A DNA stretch of 64,000 bases from Candidatus Eiseniibacteriota bacterium. GTDB taxonomy: Bacteria > Eisenbacteria > RBG-16-71-46. How positions within the stretch are numbered: position 1 is the stretch's first letter; each line of letters opens with the position of its first letter. Location: assembly GCA_035275545.1 (NCBI GenBank), contig DATEMP010000019.1:2538-66537 (forward strand), in the 5' to 3' direction. The translations under genes and the position numbers were made by a program. Shown here piece by piece: positions 46,150-53,223 of the stretch. The notes beneath the pieces were generated by a model that saw only the letters and a list, made by a program, of their open reading frames with translations, had not been told where the DNA came from and searched no databases.

Positions 46150-46373
46150 TTCGCGAGTTCACGAAGGGCATTCTTGTAGCGGCTCATGAAGTCATCCGCG
46201 ACCGCCATGGTCTCGGCGAAGCTCGGATCGTAGGGGGTCAGTCTGAAGCCGCCTCCGGGCGCCTCGGTTAGATACAACCGGTCACCTGCCTTGACCCGTA
46301 GGATCCGGGCAGCCTGGGTCGGCAGGGTGACTCCCAGCGAATTCCCGACCTTTCGAACCTTGAGCTGAACCAT
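46146..46373 (-). CDS. AbrB/MazE/SpoVT-family antitoxin
   Basis: Trimmed to the ATG at 46373, which has GGAGG 8 nt upstream. VQLKVRKVGNSLGVTLP is the swapped-hairpin AbrB-type motif. Confidence 0.85.
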   Translation of the reverse strand: MVQLKVRKVGNSLGVTLPTQAARILRVKAGDRLYLTEAPGGGFRLTPYDPSFAETMAVADDFMSRYKNALRELAK

Positions 46374-46486
46374 AACCGCAACCTCCTCTCTTGTGGACAC
46401 AGATGTTATAACTCATCGGCGCAGTTGGTCAATGACTGAAGGCTGTTGGGAAGGGAGCGACAACTGCTGGAGTAGACTGAGTTTCC

Positions 46487-47218
46487 ATGGTTCCCTACCC
46501 CCTTGCCCCCCGCCGGTGGCCGCTCGTGCTGGGAGCGGCGATCCTGTCGTGGACCACGGCGTGTGCCGCCCCCAAGCCTGCCGGCCCGTACGAGGAACCG
46601 CGCGCCGCCCTCGTGCGCGCCATCGAGGCCGAGGGCGTTCGCGACTCGGCCACGTTGGATGCCCTTCGCCACGTGCCACGTCACGAGTTCGTCCCGGAGG
46701 GGCTCCGCGCGCTGGCCTACGACAACGTGCCGCTCGAGATCGGGCACGGGCAGACCATTTCGCAGCCCACCGTCGTCGCCATGATGACCGAGGCGCTGCG
46801 TCCACGCCGCGGGATGAAAGTGCTCGAAGTGGGCACCGGCTCCGGCTACCAGGCCGCGATCCTTGCCCATATAGGCTGTTCAGTGCGCACGATCGAGATC
46901 GTCCGGCCGCTGGCCGACAGCGCGCGGTCGCGGCTCCAGCGGCTCGGCTACCAGAACGTCGTGGTACGCCACGGCGACGGCTATCAGGGCTGGCCCGACG
47001 AGGCGCCATTCGATGCCATCATCGTCACGGCCGCGCCGGACAGCATTCCGCGGGCCCTGGTGGAGCAGCTCGCGCCGGGTGGACGCATGGTGGTCCCGGT
47101 CGGGCCTGAGGGGGCGGTGCAGAGTCTAACCCTGCTGGAGAAGGACGCGGCCGGGAAGGTGAGCACGCGCGACCTGGCGCCGGTGCGATTCGTCCCGATG
47201 GTGAAGGGAAGCCGCTGA
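46487..47218 (+). CDS. pcm: Protein-L-isoaspartate O-methyltransferase with an apparent lipoprotein/signal N-terminus
   Basis: Pcm hallmarks are GHGQTISQPTVVAMMTEAL, VLEVGTGSGYQAAILA and APFDAIIVTAA. The N-terminus reads RRWPLVLGAAILSWTTAC. Confidence 0.88.
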   Translation: MVPYPLAPRRWPLVLGAAILSWTTACAAPKPAGPYEEPRAALVRAIEAEGVRDSATLDALRHVPRHEFVPEGLRALAYDNVPLEIGHGQTISQPTVVAMMTEALRPRRGMKVLEVGTGSGYQAAILAHIGCSVRTIEIVRPLADSARSRLQRLGYQNVVVRHGDGYQGWPDEAPFDAIIVTAAPDSIPRALVEQLAPGGRMVVPVGPEGAVQSLTLLEKDAAGKVSTRDLAPVRFVPMVKGSR

Positions 47219-47221
47219 GCC

Positions 47222-48199
47222 GTGACGACGAGAACCACGCTCTCAGCCATGGCCGCAGTCGGGCTCGCACTGGTGGCTGGCGGCTCGGTACAAGCCTCGA
47301 CCGACTCGGCGATCGAGTCCATCCGCCAGGGTTCGGCGGCCCTGGTGCCGCTCATGCGTACCGAGCTGGCTCGCGAGTTCCTCGAGGCGTGCTCGTCGTT
47401 GCCGGAGCCGCCGTCGCGGGTCGTTCTGCACGACCGGGCACGTGAGCACTACTTCAGCCAACGCGAAGCTGCGAGCGTGCCGGATTCGGTGCGCTTCAGC
47501 CTCGAGCCGGACTCCCTGGGCGGCCTCTTCTTCTACCAGACCCGCTACGGCCCGATCCTGAACTACACCCGGGTCTTCGAAGTGCTCAGCGCCTGGGGCG
47601 TCACCACGTTCGATCACCAGCGCGTGCTCGATTTCGGCTACGGACGCATCGGCCACCTGCGTGCGCTGGCAAGTCTCGGGGCAGACGCGGTCGGCGTCGA
47701 CATCGACCCGCTGCTTCGCGCGCTCTACGCCGAGCCGGACGACCAGGGCGAAGTCAGAGGTCAAGCCGGTCGCGTTGGGCGCGTTGCGATCGTCACGGGG
47801 TCATTCCCTGGCGACACGGCGATCCGCGCGGCGGTGGGATCAGGCTACGACCTCGTCATCTCGAAGAACACGCTCAAGGGGGGCCACTCCCCGGCAGAAC
47901 GGTCGAGCCAACGCATGGTCATCGACCTTGGGGTGAGTGATTCAGCCTTTGTCCGGGCGGTCGCCGCGTGCCTGAAGCCGGGCGGGCTGTTCCTGATGTA
48001 CACGATCTCCGGTCGGAAGGGGAGTGCTGGGTGTCCTTTCTCGGACGCGATGCTGCGGGCCGCCGGTTTCGAGATCCTCGCGTATGATCGGGACGACTCT
48101 CCCGGCGCACAGGCCATGATGGGGACGCTTCATCATCTGCAGCCACTCGAGGAGGCGGAGCTCATGGCGCTGTATACATTGGCAAGAAGGGCACACTGA
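47222..48199 (+). CDS. Class I SAM-methyltransferase-fold protein with N-terminal signal peptide
   Basis: The GTG start lies 3 nt after the pcm stop. Signal-like LSAMAAVGLALVAGGSVQAS. Methyltransferase-like motifs VLDFGYGRIGHL, GVDIDP, YDLVISKNTL and LKPGGLFLMY. Confidence 0.6.
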   Translation: MTTRTTLSAMAAVGLALVAGGSVQASTDSAIESIRQGSAALVPLMRTELAREFLEACSSLPEPPSRVVLHDRAREHYFSQREAASVPDSVRFSLEPDSLGGLFFYQTRYGPILNYTRVFEVLSAWGVTTFDHQRVLDFGYGRIGHLRALASLGADAVGVDIDPLLRALYAEPDDQGEVRGQAGRVGRVAIVTGSFPGDTAIRAAVGSGYDLVISKNTLKGGHSPAERSSQRMVIDLGVSDSAFVRAVAACLKPGGLFLMYTISGRKGSAGCPFSDAMLRAAGFEILAYDRDDSPGAQAMMGTLHHLQPLEEAELMALYTLARRAH

Positions 48200-48214
48200 C
48201 CAGAGATTGACCCC

Positions 48215-48364
48215 ATGGGCACTCCCGAACACTGGAACGAGGTCTACGGCAAGAAGGGCCCGCTCGACGTCTGGTGGCTGGCGCTACCGCACCACGCGCC
48301 TCACGCCCATGAGCCGGCCCCAAGCTTGACGAGTATGTCCGATTTGACATACTATTCCATGTAA
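48215..48364 (+). pseudogene. Possible N-terminal remnant of a third SAM-dependent methyltransferase, abutting the toxin gene
   Basis: A 49-codon ORF (MGTPEHWNEVYGKKGPLDVWW...). Its first roughly 20 aa resemble the W-x-x-x-Y...SW N-terminus common in class I methyltransferases, and the rest is non-homologous. Its TAA is directly followed by the ATG of the RelE-like gene. Confidence 0.3.
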
Positions 48365-48700
48365 ATGCAGCAGCCAGAGAAGGATCTCGTCTGGCTTCGG
48401 GGAAAGGTCAAGACCCCCCCGTTCTCCAAGGAGGCCAGGGTAGAGGCGGGGGTCCTGCTTCGGAGACTTCAGAGAGGCGAGAAGCTCTCCATGCCACAGT
48501 CGCGGCCCATGCCATCAATTGGCTCGGGCTGCCACGAGCTGCGGATTAGAGATGAGAGCAGGGTCTGGCGGATCTTCTACTTCATCGACGCAGATGCCAT
48601 TGTGCTCTTGGACGTAATCGACAAGAAGACTCGCCGGACGAGTCAGGGTGTCATGGAAGAATCCAGAAAGCGGCTGGCGGCCTACAAAGCCGCTCGGTAG
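48365..48700 (+). CDS. RelE/ParE-superfamily toxin (HigB / phage Gp49-like)
   Basis: 111 aa. CHELRIRDESRVWRIFYFIDADAIVLLDVIDKKT is typical of the Gp49/HigB-like family. Confidence 0.85.
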   Translation: MQQPEKDLVWLRGKVKTPPFSKEARVEAGVLLRRLQRGEKLSMPQSRPMPSIGSGCHELRIRDESRVWRIFYFIDADAIVLLDVIDKKTRRTSQGVMEESRKRLAAYKAAR

Positions 48701-48712
48701 CAACGTCAGGAC

Positions 48713-49045
48713 ATGGAGCAACCAATGAACACGGCACGAAAGACGCGGCTTGCACGCGCTGGATGGCGGGTGGGAACTGCCGAGGAGTTCCTCAACCTTT
48801 CGCGCGAAGAGGCAGAGCTTGTGGAGCTGAAGCTCGCGCTCAGCACGTTTCTCAGACGTCATCGCGCAAGGAAGAAACTCACGCAGAAGGCCTTGGCCGC
48901 GAAGCTGGGTTCCAGCCAGTCTCGCGTGGCGAAGCTCGAATCAGGAGCTCGAGGCATCACGCTCGATCTCCTCTTCCGCGCCCTCTTTGCAACCGGGCTC
49001 ACAACCGGAGGGATTCTTCGCGCGATGAGGCGCCGTGCGGCCTAA
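48713..49045 (+). CDS. XRE-family HTH antitoxin (HigA-like)
   Basis: LTQKALAAKLGSSQSRVAKLESG is a Cro/C1-type HTH. It starts 12 nt after the toxin gene. Confidence 0.85.
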   Translation: MEQPMNTARKTRLARAGWRVGTAEEFLNLSREEAELVELKLALSTFLRRHRARKKLTQKALAAKLGSSQSRVAKLESGARGITLDLLFRALFATGLTTGGILRAMRRRAA

Positions 49046-49154
49046 GTGGCCACTGGCGGGCTAAGCGGAAACGATTGACCTCCCGCCCGGCGAGGCATAG
49101 CCTCCCGGGTCTCAGGAGCGCCGCCCCCCAGGCGCTTCGCTCGGGAGAGAATCG

Positions 49155-50672
49155 ATGCTCTTCCATGGCCGCCCGCTCCGCCTCGCACAGGCCGGCTTCG
49201 TCCTCGTCGCCCTGTCGCTCGCTCCGGTATTGGCCGCCGCCGACGGCCCGCCCTGGAGCTACCAGTCCCCTTCCAAGATCGTCTACTTCGAGGTCACGCC
49301 GCTCGGCAGCCTCCAGGTGACCTCCGAGTCGGGCATGGTGGTGCTCGATCCCGTCTCGGGTAGGGAGCTGTGGTCGCGTCCGGGCGTGACCCGCTTCGAT
49401 GCGATCGAGAACACACCCTTCGCCATCATCCGCCTGAAAGACGCCGCGGAGGTGGTGCAGGTCGAGACCGGCAAGACGATGTGGACGTTCGCGAGCGCGG
49501 GCGTCGGCTGGAATGCGGGCTTCGTCCCGTTCCCGAGCTGCAGCCTCGTCATGATCGTCGACTACCCGGGGAAAGCCCCGGTGCTGGTGGGAGTGGATCT
49601 CGCCACCGGCGCGGTGCGCTGGAAGCAGACCGACGCGGTGGATGCAGCCCTGGCGGCGAAGAAGTCCTTCGCGCTCTCGCCCTTTTACCTTCCGCTCCAG
49701 GACACGGATTCGACGATCGTGTTCTACCCGAGCCACGGCGGTCCGGTCCGCGTGCATCTGGGATCGGGCCAGGTCGTCTGGAAGGCCCAGGGCTGGGGTG
49801 AGCGCCAGGGTTCCGAAGTCGGGTTCATGGCCCTCCCCTCGCCCATCGTGCGCGACGGGAACTCATTGTTCGTTCCCTACGGAAAGCGGCTGCTCGCGCT
49901 CGATGCCGGCGATGGCCACATCCTCTGGGACCATGCTCAGAACTTCCCGAGCCAGGTCGTACAGATGGCGCCGTGCGCGCAAGGGCTCATGATGCGGGGC
50001 CGGGGCAAGACGACCCTCAGCATGCTCGACCGCGCGACCGGCAAGGAAGTGTGGTCGGTTCCATTCAAGACGCTGGCGCCGTGGACCCCGTTCGTGATCC
50101 GCGGCGAGCGGGCCTATGCCGCGGGCGAGGAAACCCTGGGCGAGATCGCGCTCTCGACCGGCGCGACGCGCATCCTGGGCAAGTTCGAGTTCAAGGGGAA
50201 GGAAGTCCCCGCGGTGGTGGAGCCGCTGGAGTCAGGTGTGTTGGTCGCATCGAGCCAGAACATGTGGATGGTGGACTCGACCGGGACCCAGCGCTACCAC
50301 TGCTATCTCAAGGCGCCGGGTGCGAGCTTCCTGGCGAAGTTCGCCAGCACCGCGCTGATGGTGGGGCTCAACGTCGTGTCGGTGTCGGCCACCCCGAGCG
50401 GCGGCTGGGCGCCCGTGTTCACCAGCAATCCAATCCTCAGCATGCGCTTTCGAGCGACCGCCAACGCGCGCCGGTACGCATACATCTTCACCAGCGCGTC
50501 CGACGCCACCGGCAAGGACGGGTTCAGCCTGGTGCGCCTGGACAAGGACACCGGCCAGGAGGCGGGCCGGCTTTGGATCGACGATCGCTCGCCGGAGTAT
50601 CGGCTGGATGCGATCAGCGGGACGGTCTATCTCCTGCGCGACAACAAGGAGATCGCTGCGCTGCGGTACTGA
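49155..50672 (+). CDS. Secreted PQQ-like (BamB-type) beta-propeller repeat protein
   Basis: Signal peptide. Recurrent G-x-x-x-W motifs (GRELWSRPG, GKTMWTFAS, GAVRWKQTD, GQVVWKAQG, GHILWDHAQ, GKEVWSVPF). Confidence 0.78.
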   Translation: MLFHGRPLRLAQAGFVLVALSLAPVLAAADGPPWSYQSPSKIVYFEVTPLGSLQVTSESGMVVLDPVSGRELWSRPGVTRFDAIENTPFAIIRLKDAAEVVQVETGKTMWTFASAGVGWNAGFVPFPSCSLVMIVDYPGKAPVLVGVDLATGAVRWKQTDAVDAALAAKKSFALSPFYLPLQDTDSTIVFYPSHGGPVRVHLGSGQVVWKAQGWGERQGSEVGFMALPSPIVRDGNSLFVPYGKRLLALDAGDGHILWDHAQNFPSQVVQMAPCAQGLMMRGRGKTTLSMLDRATGKEVWSVPFKTLAPWTPFVIRGERAYAAGEETLGEIALSTGATRILGKFEFKGKEVPAVVEPLESGVLVASSQNMWMVDSTGTQRYHCYLKAPGASFLAKFASTALMVGLNVVSVSATPSGGWAPVFTSNPILSMRFRATANARRYAYIFTSASDATGKDGFSLVRLDKDTGQEAGRLWIDDRSPEYRLDAISGTVYLLRDNKEIAALRY

Positions 50673-50745
50673 GCGCAGCGCCGCCCTCGGCGGATCGCGT
50701 AACCTGCCGTTGCCCACGTTCTCATCTGACGGCGATTCCCAACCG

Positions 50746-53205
50746 CTAGCGAATTCGAACAACGCGCCGCGTCGCCTGGAAACGGCCTACTTCCATGCGA
50801 ATGAAATAGACGCCGGCCCCGAGCATGTGGCCACGATCGTCGTCTCCCTCCCACCGCGCAACCTGGTGGCCAACGGGATACCAGCTATCGGCGATTCGCT
50901 TGATCTGACGACCATTCACATCGAAGACGTCCAGATGGACTCGCGCTTGCACCCCAAGATCGAAGGTGATGTTGGTTTCGTTTCGCGAGGGGTTGGGACG
51001 CGGCGGACCCAGGTAGTACTGATGGAAGACATCGCCGGGAACGGAGACGGATAGGTTCCACCGAAGGGACCACACGTCGTTGTAGATGCCACCGCCGACT
51101 CCGGCGAAAACCAGCATGCGGTCGCGGTTCACATCGTAGATCGCTGTGTGGTAGGAGCGCGTCGCGGGCAGGGTGCCCGTGGGCGTGAGCTGGGTCCACG
51201 CTGGGCTGCCAGGCAAGGATAGGGCCCACACGTCATTGCGGTAGCTGTTGCCAGCCTCCTGCCCCCCGAACGCCACCATGCGATTGCGGACGGGATCGTA
51301 GAGAATCGTGGGCCTGGAGCGCACAACTGGAAGGCTCCCTGAGGGTGCTAGCTGACTCCATGCCGGTGTGCCCGCAAGCGAGAGCGCCCACACATCGTTC
51401 CTGGAGTTGCCGCTGAACACCACCATCCGGTCACGCGGCGGGTCGTACATCGCGGCATGCAAGTAGCGCACGGCCGGAGGTGTTCCAGTCGGCACGAGAC
51501 TCGTCCACGCCAGGCTGGAGAGGGAGAGTGCCCACACGTCATTGAACATCGTGGGGTTGTGCCACCCGGCGAAAATGACCATTCGGTCGCGAACCGGGTC
51601 GTAGATCGCGGTGTGACCGTAGCGTGAGGCAGGCGGCGATCCGGTCGTGGCCAACTGGCTCCATGTCGGAGTCCCATTCAGGGATAACGACCAGACATCG
51701 GCATAGTAGCCGCCACTACCAAAACCACTGAATACGACCATGCGCTCGCGAATCGGGTCGTAGATCGCCGTGTGCGAGTTGCGCGTCCCTGGGGGCGTTC
51801 CCACGGGAGCGAGGTTTGTCCACGTTGGGTTCCCCGAGAGTGACAGCGACCACACATCATTGAAGTACGACGTGTTGTCCGTTCCACCGAACACCACCAT
51901 GCGATCGCGAGGTTGATCGTAGATCGCCGTATGTCCGTACCGCCTGGTGGGCGGCGTTCCGGCCGTAACCAGAACGCTCCAGCCGGGAGTCACAGGGAGC
52001 GTGAGAGACCATAGGTTGTCCCTATCAAAGGTGCCCAACCACCCGAAGGTAACCATGCGGTCTCGAATCCCATCGTAGATGGCAACGTGCTCATAGGCTG
52101 GCGTAGGTGGTCCCCCGGTGGGCACGATCGCGTCCCAGGCCAGGGTCCCGCCAAACGACAGTGCCCAAAGGTCGTTGAGCCCACCACCGCTTCCGAATCC
52201 CCCAAACACCACCATGCGGTCGCGCGCCGGGTCGTAGATGGTCGTATGTGCGTTGCGCGCGCTTGGAATGGTCCCGGCCGGGCTGAGCTGGTTCCATAAC
52301 GGGCTCCCCGCAAATGACAGCGCCCATACTTCATTGAGGTAGCCAGTGGTGCTTGACCCACCGAACACGATCATGCGATCGCGCGGCGCGTCGTAGATCG
52401 CGGTGTGCCCCTGGCGTCCCGCGGACGACATGCTCGAGGCCGCGATACTCCAGGCGGGCGTCCCGGAGAGCGAGAGAGCCCGCACGTCGTTCCAGACCAG
52501 CCCGGCCCCAGCTCCGCCGAACACCACCATGCGATCTCGAATCGGGTCATAGATCGCGGAGTGATTGGCGCGCACGGGGGGCGCGGTCCCGGTGGGCGCA
52601 AGTTGACTCCAGGTCGGGGCACCCGCGAGCGACATCGCCCACACGTCGTTGAACCACGAGTTCATGCTCGGGACGCGGCCTCCGAACACGATCATTCTTT
52701 CACGCACCGGGTCGAAGATCGCCGTGTGTTCGGTGCGGGCCGGCGGAGGAGTTCCCGCAGGGGTGAGGGGAGTCCATACGGGCGTGCCAGCAAGCGAAAG
52801 CGACCAGACGTCGTTGGATCCTCCGAACACGATCATGCGGTCGCGCGGCGAATCGTAGATCGCCGTGTGGTTCCGCAGAGGGTTCAACGTGGGTGGAGGC
52901 GGAATGGAGACCCAATCGCCATCGTCGACCGTGACCCCTGTCGCCGGCGGATCCGGGTTGGAAGCAAGCGCCTCGTTCGCTCCTCCCTTTTCACCTTGCG
53001 CCACGTCTTCCATGAATGCGCGCTGCCAGGGCGCAAGGCCGGGGTCGCGCGCCGCTTCGGAAAGGCGACCCCGCGCCCCCGGGGTGAGGCCAGGGACTAC
53101 GGACACCGCGCGTTCCTCCGCACGCGACGACTGCAGTGCCCCAGACAACAGCAGGAGAGCAATGACCCATGATGCGGTGCGATGCTTCAGCGGCCTATCA
53201 AGCAT
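50746..53205 (-). CDS. Secreted Kelch-repeat protein (about 12 blades) with FlgD-Ig-like C-terminal domain
   Basis: Trimmed to the ATG at 53205, which is preceded by GGAGGAGAGG. There are 12 very regular units H-T-A-I-Y-D-x-x-R-D-R-M-V-V-F-G-G...N-D-V-W-A-L-S-L. C-terminus is RPNPSRNETNITFDL...VFDVNGRQI...GVYFIRM. Confidence 0.85.
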   Translation of the reverse strand: MLDRPLKHRTASWVIALLLLSGALQSSRAEERAVSVVPGLTPGARGRLSEAARDPGLAPWQRAFMEDVAQGEKGGANEALASNPDPPATGVTVDDGDWVSIPPPPTLNPLRNHTAIYDSPRDRMIVFGGSNDVWSLSLAGTPVWTPLTPAGTPPPARTEHTAIFDPVRERMIVFGGRVPSMNSWFNDVWAMSLAGAPTWSQLAPTGTAPPVRANHSAIYDPIRDRMVVFGGAGAGLVWNDVRALSLSGTPAWSIAASSMSSAGRQGHTAIYDAPRDRMIVFGGSSTTGYLNEVWALSFAGSPLWNQLSPAGTIPSARNAHTTIYDPARDRMVVFGGFGSGGGLNDLWALSFGGTLAWDAIVPTGGPPTPAYEHVAIYDGIRDRMVTFGWLGTFDRDNLWSLTLPVTPGWSVLVTAGTPPTRRYGHTAIYDQPRDRMVVFGGTDNTSYFNDVWSLSLSGNPTWTNLAPVGTPPGTRNSHTAIYDPIRERMVVFSGFGSGGYYADVWSLSLNGTPTWSQLATTGSPPASRYGHTAIYDPVRDRMVIFAGWHNPTMFNDVWALSLSSLAWTSLVPTGTPPAVRYLHAAMYDPPRDRMVVFSGNSRNDVWALSLAGTPAWSQLAPSGSLPVVRSRPTILYDPVRNRMVAFGGQEAGNSYRNDVWALSLPGSPAWTQLTPTGTLPATRSYHTAIYDVNRDRMLVFAGVGGGIYNDVWSLRWNLSVSVPGDVFHQYYLGPPRPNPSRNETNITFDLGVQARVHLDVFDVNGRQIKRIADSWYPVGHQVARWEGDDDRGHMLGAGVYFIRMEVGRFQATRRVVRIR

Positions 53206-53223
53206 GAAGTCCTCTCCTCCCAC

